Source: Escherichia coli
GTDB taxonomy: Bacteria > Pseudomonadota > Gammaproteobacteria > Enterobacterales > Enterobacteriaceae
NCBI RefSeq assembly: GCF_003334315.1
Contig: NZ_QOWR01000012.1
DNA length: 64,000 nucleotides
Direction: 5' to 3' (one strand)
Positions within the stretch are counted from its first letter, which is position 1. Every line of letters begins with the position of its first letter. This document shows positions 10,792 to 21,978 of the stretch, piece after piece. The notes under the pieces are model-generated. The model did not search any database and was not told where the DNA came from. It saw only the letters and a program-made list of their open reading frames with translations. The position numbers were made by a program, and so were the translations under genes.

Positions 10792-12264
10792 TCAATATAT
10801 TTTTGTCAGCACATAGCGATAGAGTCCACCGTCCGGCACGAACTCAAGACGATGGGTAATACAGGCAGGCGCATCTTCAGCGTGGTGCGAAACAAACAAC
10901 AATTGCGTTTCACCTTCGCTAATCAGCACATCAACAAAACGGCGGATAAGCTGGCGATTCAGCGGATCAAGCCCCTGTAGTGGTTCATCGAGAATAAGCA
11001 ACGTCGGATGTTTCACCAGTGCGCGGACAATCAGCGCCAGACGCTGCTGTCCCCAGGAAAGACTATGGAACGGAGCGTCAGCCGTGCGTTTATCAATGCC
11101 GAGAATATCCAGCCACTGCTGCACCAGTTTTTGCTGGCGATCCGAAACGGCCTGATAAATGCCAATCGAATCAAAATAGCCAGAAAGAATCACATTACGC
11201 ACGGTAGTGCTGACCCGGTAATCCAGATGCAAACTACTGCTGACGTAACCGATATGCTTTTTGATATCCCAGATGGTTTCGCCGCTGCCGCGACGTCGTC
11301 CGAAAAGCGTCAAATCGTTGCTGTAACCTTGCGGATGATCGCCAGTAACCAGGCTTAATAACGTCGATTTTCCTGCACCATTTGGCCCGACAATTTGCCA
11401 GTGTTCGCCTGGATTCACCTGCCAGCTAAGGTTATTAAGAATGGGGCGATCGTTATAAGAAACCACGCCATTGTTCAGCACAATGCGCGGTTCGTTGGCG
11501 GGTAAGGCGTGACGTGCTGAAGGTTCATCCGGCTCCGGCAGTTGCACACCTTCAAGCTGTTCACTATGCGCCAGTTGCGCGACGAGTGCTTGTTGGAGCA
11601 GTTCCTCTTTAGCGCCAGTTTCCGCTAACGTGCAATCCGCCAGCACGCCAGCAAACTGGACAAACTCCGGGATCTCATCGAAGCGATTGAGCACCAGTAC
11701 CAGAGTAATACCGGACTGATGTAACGAGGCGAGTCGCTCAGCCAGCTGCTGACGTGAGGCAACATCCAGGCCATCGAACGGCTCATCAAGAATCAACAAG
11801 TCAGGCTCCGACATCAGCGCCTGACACAGCAGGGTTTTTCGCGTCTCGCCAGTGGAAAGGTATTTAAAGCGTCGGTCGAGGAGGGCGGTAATACCGAACT
11901 GCTGCGCCAGTTGCATGCAACGCGGTGCATCCTTTACTTCATCCTGAATGATCTCAGCCGTAGTGCGTCCGGTGTCATCTTCGCCAGGGCCGAGCATATC
12001 GGTGTTATTCCGCTGCCATTCGTCGCTGACGAGTTTTTGCAATTGCTCGAAGGAGAGACGAGTGATGTGGGAAAACTGGCTTTGCCGTTCACCTTTCAAA
12101 AGCGGAAGTTCCCCCGCCAGCGCGCGGGCCAGGGCCGATTTCCCGCTTCCATTCGAACCGACAAACGCCCAACTATCACCCGCGTTTAACGTTAGCTGAG
12201 GCAATTGCAGCGTTTTTGTGTCGCTAAGACGAAACGTGCCTTGCAAAATTTGCAACGATGACAT
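10792..12264 (-). CDS. modF: ABC-type ATPase with two nucleotide-binding domains, no cognate permease
   Basis: ORF trimmed to MSSLQI (490 aa); two Walker A motifs (GSNGSGKS, GPNGAGKS). Confidence 0.9.
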   Translation of the reverse strand: MSSLQILQGTFRLSDTKTLQLPQLTLNAGDSWAFVGSNGSGKSALARALAGELPLLKGERQSQFSHITRLSFEQLQKLVSDEWQRNNTDMLGPGEDDTGRTTAEIIQDEVKDAPRCMQLAQQFGITALLDRRFKYLSTGETRKTLLCQALMSEPDLLILDEPFDGLDVASRQQLAERLASLHQSGITLVLVLNRFDEIPEFVQFAGVLADCTLAETGAKEELLQQALVAQLAHSEQLEGVQLPEPDEPSARHALPANEPRIVLNNGVVSYNDRPILNNLSWQVNPGEHWQIVGPNGAGKSTLLSLVTGDHPQGYSNDLTLFGRRRGSGETIWDIKKHIGYVSSSLHLDYRVSTTVRNVILSGYFDSIGIYQAVSDRQQKLVQQWLDILGIDKRTADAPFHSLSWGQQRLALIVRALVKHPTLLILDEPLQGLDPLNRQLIRRFVDVLISEGETQLLFVSHHAEDAPACITHRLEFVPDGGLYRYVLTKIY

Positions 12265-12331
12265 TTTATATCCCACTTTGTGCAGCGATTACTGACAGGG
12301 ATACGTGTTTCATAACAAATTGTCAACACGC

Positions 12332-13120
12332 TTAGCACAGCGTGGCGATAATCACGCTGTCGGCATTAAAGTAGGCCGTGACATTCTGTCCTTGCTGAAG
12401 AGAAGTCGCTTCATTTACCGGCACTGTGGCGCACAGTGTTTGCCCGTCGGGTAGCGCCATTAATACTTCGCACTGCTCTGCGCCGCGCTCAATATGACTA
12501 ATAATACCCGGTAATTGGTTGTCAGCGTTTTGCGCGACCGCCTCGTCCTGAGTAATACCTACCCACGGCGCTTTTAGCAATATCAACACTTCTTTGCCTT
12601 CATCCAGCCCCAGACGCGCGCCGCTTTGTGCGGTAATTGCGACTTTCAGGCGTGTTTTTCCGTCAGCCAGTAAGACATCAACATGCTGTTGAACGTCATC
12701 ATGATCGCGGGCGGTGATGGTACCGAACCACTGGTTACGGGCGCTGGTTTGCAGTGAAAAACGTGAGATCGCGGCCAGCAGGCTGTTCAGCGGCAGGGCG
12801 TCATCGTCACTTAACACATCAAAGGCTTTTTGCTGGATTTGCGCCAGTAAGTCATAGAGCTGAATCAGTCGCTGACCATAGCGGGTCAGTACTGCGCCGC
12901 CGCCACCTTTACCGCCTGTTGCGCGCTCGACCAGAATATGCTCACTTAACTGATTCATCTCGTTAATGGCATCCCAGGCGCTTTTATAGCTAATACCGGC
13001 ATCTTTCGCTCCCTGGCTAATGGAACCGGAAAGCGCAATGTGTTTTAGTAGCGAAATGCGGCGCGGGTCGGCGAATAATTTTTGTTGGAGCTTAAGGGTG
13101 AGAAGGATTTCGGCCTGCAT
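12332..13120 (-). CDS. modE: Molybdate-responsive transcriptional regulator
   Basis: 262-aa ORF with N-terminal HTH and C-terminal Mop domains. Confidence 0.92.
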   Translation of the reverse strand: MQAEILLTLKLQQKLFADPRRISLLKHIALSGSISQGAKDAGISYKSAWDAINEMNQLSEHILVERATGGKGGGGAVLTRYGQRLIQLYDLLAQIQQKAFDVLSDDDALPLNSLLAAISRFSLQTSARNQWFGTITARDHDDVQQHVDVLLADGKTRLKVAITAQSGARLGLDEGKEVLILLKAPWVGITQDEAVAQNADNQLPGIISHIERGAEQCEVLMALPDGQTLCATVPVNEATSLQQGQNVTAYFNADSVIIATLC

Positions 13121-13230
13121 AACAATGTCCTGGCAAAAGTCTTATTGTGACGGAAAACGAACGCCACGCAAAGCTGACCGCACAAAAGGGGAGTGCTTTT
13201 CTGTGCTTAGCGGTTAGAATAGTCTCATGA

Positions 13231-13398
<168 letters not shown>

Positions 13399-13521
13399 TT
13401 CCCTGAATGCCCGCTTAGTCGGGCATTTTCTTTTTCTCAACTTCCTGCTTTTCCTGCCGATATTTTTTCTTATCTACCTCACAAAGGTTAGCAATAACTG
13501 CTGGGAAAATTCCGAGTTAGT

Positions 13522-13551
13522 CGTTATATTGTCGCCTACATAACGTTACAT
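13522..13551 (+). promoter_or_regulatory. ModE operator at the modA promoter
   Basis: cgttatattgtcgcctacataacgttacat with TATAT/TACAT repeats just upstream of modA. Confidence 0.6.
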
Positions 13552-13564
13552 TAAGGGGTTACCA

Positions 13565-14338
13565 ATGGCTCGTAAATGGTTGAATTTGTTTGCCGGGGCG
13601 GCACTCTCTTTCGCTGTTGCTGGCAATGCACTGGCAGATGAAGGGAAAATCACGGTGTTCGCCGCCGCATCACTGACTAACGCAATGCAGGACATTGCTA
13701 CGCAGTTTAAAAAAGAGAAAGGCGTGGATGTGGTTTCTTCTTTCGCTTCGTCATCTACTCTCGCCCGTCAGATTGAAGCGGGTGCGCCTGCGGATCTGTT
13801 TATTTCTGCCGATCAGAAATGGATGGATTATGCGGTTGATAAAAAAGCGATCGATACAGCTACGCGTCAGACACTGCTCGGCAATAGCCTGGTCGTTGTA
13901 GCACCGAAAGCCAGCGTGCAGAAAGATTTCACCATCGACAGCAAAACCAACTGGACTTCACTGCTGAATGGCGGTCGCCTGGCGGTTGGCGATCCGGAAC
14001 ATGTTCCCGCTGGCATTTATGCAAAAGAAGCACTGCAAAAACTGGGCGCATGGGATACGCTCTCTCCGAAACTGGCCCCAGCGGAAGATGTTCGTGGGGC
14101 GCTGGCGCTGGTCGAACGTAACGAAGCGCCTCTGGGCATTGTCTACGGTTCTGACGCAGTTGCCAGCAAAGGGGTAAAAGTGGTTGCCACCTTCCCGGAA
14201 GATTCACATAAAAAAGTGGAATATCCGGTTGCTGTTGTGGAAGGGCATAACAATGCGACAGTGAAAGCATTTTATGATTATCTGAAGGGACCGCAGGCAG
14301 CGGAAATCTTTAAACGTTACGGATTTACAATCAAGTAA
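13565..14338 (+). CDS. modA: Molybdate ABC transporter, periplasmic binding protein
   Basis: 257-aa ORF with signal peptide; first gene of modABC. Confidence 0.95.
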   Translation: MARKWLNLFAGAALSFAVAGNALADEGKITVFAAASLTNAMQDIATQFKKEKGVDVVSSFASSSTLARQIEAGAPADLFISADQKWMDYAVDKKAIDTATRQTLLGNSLVVVAPKASVQKDFTIDSKTNWTSLLNGGRLAVGDPEHVPAGIYAKEALQKLGAWDTLSPKLAPAEDVRGALALVERNEAPLGIVYGSDAVASKGVKVVATFPEDSHKKVEYPVAVVEGHNNATVKAFYDYLKGPQAAEIFKRYGFTIK

Positions 14339-15027
14339 TGATACTGACCGATCCAGAATGGCAGGCAGTTTTATTAAGCCTGAAAGTTTCTTCCCTGGCT
14401 GTGCTGTTTAGCCTGCCGTTTGGGATCTTTTTTGCCTGGTTACTGGTGCGTTGCACGTTTCCGGGCAAAGCTCTGCTCGACAGCGTACTGCATCTACCGC
14501 TGGTGTTACCGCCCGTGGTCGTCGGTTACTTATTATTAGTTTCGATGGGACGGCGCGGATTTATCGGTGAACGTCTGTATGACTGGTTTGGTATTACCTT
14601 CGCCTTTAGCTGGCGCGGCGCGGTTCTCGCTGCCGCCGTCATGTCGTTTCCGCTGATGGTGCGGGCAATTCGTCTGGCGCTGGAAGGGGTTGATGTCAAA
14701 CTGGAACAGGCCGCAAGAACACTGGGGGCCGGGCGCTGGCGCGTTTTCTTTACTATCACGTTACCGCTGACCTTACCGGGAATTATTGTTGGTACGGTAC
14801 TGGCTTTTGCTCGTTCTCTCGGTGAGTTTGGTGCAACCATCACCTTTGTGTCGAACATTCCTGGTGAAACGCGAACCATTCCTTCTGCCATGTATACCCT
14901 GATCCAGACCCCCGGCGGGGAAAGTGGAGCGGCGAGACTGTGCATTATTTCTATTGCGCTGGCGATGATCTCCCTGTTGATTTCAGAATGGCTGGCCAGA
15001 ATCAGCCGTGAACGGGCGGGGCGCTAA
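14338..15027 (+). CDS. modB: Molybdate ABC transporter permease
   Basis: 229-aa ORF; start overlaps the modA stop by 1 nt. Confidence 0.95.
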
Positions 15028-15029
15028 TC

Positions 15030-16088
15030 ATGCTGGAACTGAATTTTTCCCAGACGTTGGGCAACCATTGCCTGACTATTAATGAAACGCTGCCCGCCAA
15101 TGGCATCACTGCTATCTTTGGCGTCTCCGGTGCCGGAAAAACTTCGCTGATTAACGCCATCAGTGGACTGACGCGCCCGCAAAAAGGGCGGATTGTCCTC
15201 AATGGGCGGGTACTAAATGATGCCGAAAAAGGTATCTGCCTGACGCCGGAAAAGCGTCGCGTTGGCTATGTTTTTCAGGATGCGCGGCTGTTCCCGCATT
15301 ACAAAGTGCGTGGCAATCTGCGCTACGGCATGTCGAAAAGTATGGTCGATCAGTTCGATAAGCTGGTGGCGCTTTTAGGCATTGAACCGTTGCTTGACCG
15401 TTTACCAGGCAGCCTGTCCGGAGGCGAAAAACAGCGCGTGGCGATTGGTCGGGCTTTGCTGACAGCACCGGAATTGCTGTTGCTGGATGAACCGCTGGCG
15501 TCACTGGATATTCCGCGTAAACGCGAACTGTTGCCTTATCTGCAACGTCTGACGCGGGAAATCAACATCCCGATGTTGTATGTCAGCCATTCGCTGGATG
15601 AGATCCTCCATCTGGCAGACAGAGTGATGGTACTGGAAAACGGTCAGGTGAAAGCCTTTGGCGCGCTGGAAGAAGTCTGGGGGAGTAGCGTGATGAATCC
15701 GTGGCTGCCGAAAGAGCAACAAAGTAGCATTCTGAAAGTGACGGTACTTGAGCATCATCCGCATTACGCGATGACTGCGCTGGCGCTGGGCGATCAGCAT
15801 TTGTGGGTCAATAAGCTGGACGAACCGCTGCAAGCTGCGCTACGTATCCGCATTCAGGCTTCCGATGTTTCTCTGGTTTTACAACCGCCGCAGCAAACCA
15901 GCATTCGTAACGTATTGCGGGCAAAAGTTGTTAATAGTTATGACGACAACGGCCAGGTGGAAGTGGAGCTGGAAGTCGGCGGTAAAACGCTGTGGGCGCG
16001 TATCAGCCCGTGGGCCAGGGATGAACTGGCGATCAAACCTGGCCTGTGGCTGTACGCGCAAATTAAAAGTGTGTCGATAACCGCCTGA
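15030..16088 (+). CDS. modC: Molybdate ABC transporter ATPase
   Basis: 352-aa ORF with Walker A (GVSGAGKT), LSGGEKQR signature and C-terminal Mop domain. Confidence 0.95.
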
Positions 16089-16907
16089 TTAAATCAGGTG
16101 GCTATAAATGAACTGGGCAATGCTGTCGGTGGTGTTATCACCAATCACAATGTTGGCGCGCGCTTTTACCGCGTCATCGGCGTTGCCCATCGCCACGCCT
16201 GTACCAGCGGCTTCCAGCATACTGATATCATTAAAGTTATCGCCGAATGCCACGACGTTTTCCATCGACCAACCTTGCGCCTCAACCCATTTCGTCAAAC
16301 GTTTACCTTTGCTGTTGCCGCCGCGTGCAATATCAACCTGATCGTGCCAGGACCATTCACACTCCAGTCCCAGTTCATGTTCGACATGCTTACCAAAATG
16401 CTGCAATTGCGGCAGGTCATCGTGCGTCAGGGCGAACTTCCATACGGCGTTAACTTGTTGCGCCGTTTCAGCCAGAGAAGCGACTTGTGTGAAAGTCGGA
16501 CGCTGTTCCGGCGGCAGGGTTTGCGCCCAGTTAGATGTGCGAATGACATGCCCGGTCGGGTGCTCATAGACCATTGCATCATCGACATACATCAGACCGT
16601 GAATGTGGTGTTCATTCAGCATCTCAATGAGTTGCAGGGCTTTAATAACGGGCATTGGGTCCGCTTCCAGCACGGTTTTTGCATGATAATCATACAAATA
16701 GGTGCCATTACAGCAAATAGCAGGTGTATCCAGCGCCAGCGCCTGATAAAAAGGATGAATAGCGACGTGATGGCGACCTGTGACGATGATTAATTGATAG
16801 CCTGCTTCGCGAGCGCGGGCCAGGGCTTCTATCGATGAAGGAAGCAGGGTCTTTTTCGGGGTCAATAAGGTGCCGTCTAAGTCGAGAGCAATCACGCGTG
16901 TGGTCAT
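16089..16907 (-). CDS. ybhA: HAD-family sugar phosphatase (Cof subfamily)
   Basis: ORF trimmed to MTTRVIALDLDGTLL (272 aa), DxDGT HAD motif. Confidence 0.9.
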   Translation of the reverse strand: MTTRVIALDLDGTLLTPKKTLLPSSIEALARAREAGYQLIIVTGRHHVAIHPFYQALALDTPAICCNGTYLYDYHAKTVLEADPMPVIKALQLIEMLNEHHIHGLMYVDDAMVYEHPTGHVIRTSNWAQTLPPEQRPTFTQVASLAETAQQVNAVWKFALTHDDLPQLQHFGKHVEHELGLECEWSWHDQVDIARGGNSKGKRLTKWVEAQGWSMENVVAFGDNFNDISMLEAAGTGVAMGNADDAVKARANIVIGDNTTDSIAQFIYSHLI

Positions 16908-17025
16908 GGCGTATTCCAGATTAAGGTTAAGAATTTTCGTCTGCGCGAATGGTACACCGATACCACTATCGGACAAAATTCTGCGTTTTAATTCAGCATT
17001 CACCGCCAAAAGCGACTAATTTTAG

Positions 17026-18057
<1,032 letters not shown>

Positions 18058-18069
18058 CCGCTGATTTAC

Positions 18070-18093
18070 CCGGCGCAGTCTCTCCTGCGCCGG
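18070..18093. terminator. Bidirectional terminator between convergent pgl and ybhD
   Basis: Stem ccggcgcag/ctgcgccgg. Confidence 0.6.
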
Positions 18094-18097
18094 TGTA

Positions 18098-19051
18098 TTA
18101 ACCTATCTCCTGTAACGCGTGTCTCTGGCGTTCGACGATATTGGTCCACAAATTGTCTTTATCGTCAGTCCATAAATTAATCAGCAAGGCAAAAAAGCGT
18201 TCTGCTGCTGGAGAAAGTACGGCATCTTTACGGCGAATTATTCCCAATGTTCGACGTATAACGGGTTCCACCAATGGGATACCAATAATCGAAGAATAGG
18301 GCGCATGAGGCATTGCCAGGCCAGGAAGCGCCGAAATCCCCAGTCCCGCCTCCACCAGTCCTAATGACGTCGAAAGATGACGCACTTCGTAAAACCAGTC
18401 CAGCTTCCAGGGCTTGTCGGCTAGCTGTTGTTCTATCAACAGTCGGTTGCCGCTGGAGGAGCGTACGCCAATCATTTTGTAACCCACTAACTCCTGCCAT
18501 TCTACAAGCTGCTTTTTGGCCAATGGATGGTCACGCCGACAGGCCAGCACGAACGGCTCGTTGACCAGTGGGGTAAAATCAATGGATGAATTTGTGACGT
18601 TGTTCATGTTTATGCCAAAGTCTGATTCGTTACACAGCACCGATTCCATGCAATTATTCGTGCCTTGTTCCAGAATCCGCACTTTAATATTGGGATACAG
18701 CTCATTAAATTTACCGATTGCCAGCGGTAAAAAATAAAATACTGCGGTCGGAATACACGCTAACGTCACCATACCACGATGATAAGCATTCATATCACGA
18801 ATATTAAAAAGCGTTTCATCGAATTTCTTTATTAATTCCCGCGCCTCCGGGAGCAACCTTTTTCCTGCTTTTGTTAACGTAACCTTGCGAGTTGTACGCT
18901 CAAATAGTTGAATATGTAAATCTTCCTCCATCTTTTTTATTCTTCGCGTTAATGCAGGTTGCGTAATATTGAGTAATTTAGCGGCATTGTTAAACGAACT
19001 GGACTCTACCAGTATGACAAATGCCTTCATACTTGATAATTCATGCTTCAT
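18098..19051 (-). CDS. ybhD: LysR-type transcriptional regulator
   Basis: ORF trimmed to MKHELSSMKAFVILVESSSFNNAAK (317 aa), N-terminal HTH; divergent from ybhH. Confidence 0.88.
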   Translation of the reverse strand: MKHELSSMKAFVILVESSSFNNAAKLLNITQPALTRRIKKMEEDLHIQLFERTTRKVTLTKAGKRLLPEARELIKKFDETLFNIRDMNAYHRGMVTLACIPTAVFYFLPLAIGKFNELYPNIKVRILEQGTNNCMESVLCNESDFGINMNNVTNSSIDFTPLVNEPFVLACRRDHPLAKKQLVEWQELVGYKMIGVRSSSGNRLLIEQQLADKPWKLDWFYEVRHLSTSLGLVEAGLGISALPGLAMPHAPYSSIIGIPLVEPVIRRTLGIIRRKDAVLSPAAERFFALLINLWTDDKDNLWTNIVERQRHALQEIG

Positions 19052-19095
19052 TATTACTCCGGAAAATGGAAGCGACGATTTTGGGTGGCTGGCCG

Positions 19096-19108
19096 TTAAA
19101 AATTTTAA
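19096..19108. promoter_or_regulatory. Candidate LysR-type box (T-N11-A palindrome ttaaaaattttaa) in the ybhD/ybhH intergenic region
   Basis: Perfect dyad between divergent ybhD and ybhH. Confidence 0.35.
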
Positions 19109-19234
19109 CTGCATTTAGCCAACTTAAATTAATGAAAAAATGTTATTAATCGTTGAGCTAAAGTCATTAGAGATGCTTTGCCCTTAATGTAACCATATCG
19201 CAATAAGTTATGTTTTTAAATTGAGGGCATTATT

Positions 19235-20287
19235 ATGAAAAAAATACCCTGCGTGATGATGCGAGGTGGAACCTCGAGGGGCGCGTTCCTGTTAGCGGAA
19301 CATTTACCCGAAGATCAAACGCAGCGCGATAAAATATTGATGGCAATTATGGGTTCCGGTAACGATCTGGAAATTGACGGTATTGGCGGCGGTAATCCAC
19401 TGACCAGTAAAGTCGCCATTATTAGCCGTTCCAGCGATCCGCGTGCTGATGTCGATTATCTGTTTGCGCAGGTAATCGTTCATGAGCAACGTGTCGATAC
19501 CACGCCTAACTGCGGCAATATGCTGTCTGGTGTTGGGGCATTCGCCATTGAAAATGGTTTGATTGCAGCGACTTCGCCAGTTACTCGCGTACGTATCCGC
19601 AACGTCAATACGGGTACGTTCATCGAAGCTGATGTGCAAACGCCAAATGGTGTTGTCGAGTACGAGGGTAGCGCCAGAATTGACGGCGTACCGGGTACTG
19701 CCGCACCGGTTGCGCTCACTTTCCTGAATGCCGCCGGAACCAAAACCGGAAAAGTTTTCCCGACTGATAATCAGATTGATTATTTTGACGATGTCCCGGT
19801 GACCTGTATCGATATGGCGATGCCAGTCGTCATTATTCCGGCTGAATATCTGGGAAAAACAGGTTATGAATTACCGGCGGAACTGGATGCCGACAAAGCA
19901 TTATTAGCCCGCATTGAATCTATCCGTCTACAAGCGGGTAAAGCAATGGGCTTAGGTGATGTCAGTAATATGGTTATCCCTAAACCTGTGCTTATTTCTC
20001 CAGCGCAGAAAGGCGGGGCAATTAATGTGCGTTATTTTATGCCGCATTCTTGCCATCGCGCGCTGGCGATAACCGGTGCTATTGCTATTTCCAGTAGTTG
20101 TGCATTGGAAGGCACCGTCACCCGACAAATCGTCCCTTCTGTAGGATACGGCAATATCAATATTGAACACCCCAGTGGTGCGCTCGACGTTCATTTAAGT
20201 AATGAAGGTCAGGATGCCACGACGTTACGCGCATCTGTTATTCGGACGACCAGAAAAATATTTTCCGGTGAAGTTTATCTTCCCTGA
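19235..20287 (+). CDS. ybhH: PrpF/AcnD-accessory family isomerase
   Basis: 350-aa ORF recognised as YbhH; family assignment from established knowledge. Confidence 0.88.
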   Translation: MKKIPCVMMRGGTSRGAFLLAEHLPEDQTQRDKILMAIMGSGNDLEIDGIGGGNPLTSKVAIISRSSDPRADVDYLFAQVIVHEQRVDTTPNCGNMLSGVGAFAIENGLIAATSPVTRVRIRNVNTGTFIEADVQTPNGVVEYEGSARIDGVPGTAAPVALTFLNAAGTKTGKVFPTDNQIDYFDDVPVTCIDMAMPVVIIPAEYLGKTGYELPAELDADKALLARIESIRLQAGKAMGLGDVSNMVIPKPVLISPAQKGGAINVRYFMPHSCHRALAITGAIAISSSCALEGTVTRQIVPSVGYGNINIEHPSGALDVHLSNEGQDATTLRASVIRTTRKIFSGEVYLP

Positions 20288-20362
20288 AAAAATTCGTTGT
20301 CAGGATAAGGACAATCAATAAAGGACTTCTGTATGAGTCATACAGAAAGAACAGGATTTTAA

Positions 20363-21796
20363 ATGAATAAGAAATCGTTATGGAAGCTAATTCTGATATT
20401 AGCGATCCCATGTATTATTGGTTTTATGCCAGCTCCGGCAGGATTAAGCGAACTGGCGTGGGTGCTTTTTGGTATTTACCTGGCGGCCATTGTGGGGCTG
20501 GTTATCAAGCCTTTCCCGGAACCTGTCGTACTGTTAATTGCCGTTGCTGCCTCAATGGTGGTGGTCGGTAACTTATCCGACGGTGCGTTTAAAACCACCG
20601 CCGTATTAAGCGGTTACTCTTCAGGTACCACCTGGCTGGTGTTCTCGGCGTTTACCTTAAGCGCCGCATTTGTGACCACCGGTTTAGGTAAACGTATTGC
20701 CTATCTGCTGATTGGTAAAATCGGTAACACCACGTTGGGTCTGGGTTACGTTACGGTATTCCTCGATCTGGTACTGGCTCCGGCAACACCGTCTAACACC
20801 GCGCGTGCGGGCGGCATTGTGTTACCGATCATCAACAGCGTGGCGGTGGCTTTGGGGTCCGAACCGGAAAAAAGTCCGCGTCGTGTCGGACATTACCTGA
20901 TGATGTCCATTTACATGGTCACCAAAACCACCAGCTATATGTTCTTTACCGCAATGGCGGGGAACATTCTGGCGCTGAAAATGATCAACGACATTCTGCA
21001 CCTGCAAATTAGCTGGGGTGGATGGGCGCTGGCAGCCGGATTGCCGGGCATCATTATGCTGCTGGTCACCCCGCTGGTGATTTACACCATGTATCCACCA
21101 GAAATTAAGAAGGTGGATAACAAAACCATCGCTAAAGCGGGCCTTGCCGAACTAGGACCGATGAAAATCCGCGAAAAAATGCTGCTCGGTGTCTTTGTGC
21201 TGGCGCTGCTGGGCTGGATTTTCAGTAAGTCTCTGGGGGTTGATGAATCCACCGTGGCAATCGTTGTTATGGCAACCATGCTGCTGCTGGGTATCGTTAC
21301 CTGGGAAGACGTGGTTAAAAATAAAGGCGGCTGGAATACCTTAATCTGGTACGGCGGTATTATCGGCTTAAGCTCCTTATTATCGAAAGTTAAATTCTTC
21401 GAATGGTTAGCTGAAGTCTTTAAAAATAACCTGGCATTTGATGGTCACGGTAACGTTGCTTTCTTCGTTATTATTTTCCTCAGCATTATCGTGCGTTATT
21501 TCTTCGCTTCCGGTAGTGCCTATATCGTTGCTATGTTACCGGTATTTGCCATGCTGGCGAACGTCTCCGGCGCACCGTTAATGTTAACCGCGCTGGCACT
21601 GTTGTTCTCCAACTCCTATGGCGGCATGGTTACTCACTATGGCGGCGCGGCAGGTCCGGTCATCTTTGGCGTGGGTTATAACGATATTAAATCCTGGTGG
21701 TTGGTCGGTGCGGTACTGACGATATTAACCTTCCTGGTGCATATCACCCTCGGCGTGTGGTGGTGGAATATGCTGATCGGCTGGAACATGCTGTAA
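20363..21796 (+). CDS. ybhI: Divalent anion:Na+ symporter (DASS) family carboxylate transporter
   Basis: 477-aa highly hydrophobic ORF recognised as YbhI. Confidence 0.88.
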   Translation: MNKKSLWKLILILAIPCIIGFMPAPAGLSELAWVLFGIYLAAIVGLVIKPFPEPVVLLIAVAASMVVVGNLSDGAFKTTAVLSGYSSGTTWLVFSAFTLSAAFVTTGLGKRIAYLLIGKIGNTTLGLGYVTVFLDLVLAPATPSNTARAGGIVLPIINSVAVALGSEPEKSPRRVGHYLMMSIYMVTKTTSYMFFTAMAGNILALKMINDILHLQISWGGWALAAGLPGIIMLLVTPLVIYTMYPPEIKKVDNKTIAKAGLAELGPMKIREKMLLGVFVLALLGWIFSKSLGVDESTVAIVVMATMLLLGIVTWEDVVKNKGGWNTLIWYGGIIGLSSLLSKVKFFEWLAEVFKNNLAFDGHGNVAFFVIIFLSIIVRYFFASGSAYIVAMLPVFAMLANVSGAPLMLTALALLFSNSYGGMVTHYGGAAGPVIFGVGYNDIKSWWLVGAVLTILTFLVHITLGVWWWNMLIGWNML

Positions 21797-21798
21797 AT

Positions 21799-21925
21799 AT
21801 ACTCGTCATACTTCAAGTTGCATGTGCTGCGTTTGCGTTCGCTCACCCCAGTCACTTACTTATGTAAGCTCCTGGGGATTCACTCACTTGTCGCCTTCCT
21901 GCAACTCGAATTATTTAGAGTATAT
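21799..21925. repeat. ERIC (IRU) element, 127 bp
   Basis: Contains cgctcaccccagtcacttactt and atgtaagctcctggggattcac (the two classic ERIC core sequences); terminal inverted repeats caagttgca/tgcaactcg. Confidence 0.85.
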
Positions 21926-21978
21926 CCATTTATTATCTTTCTGCGCACTTCACGGTGCGCAGATATCTGGAGCATTTG

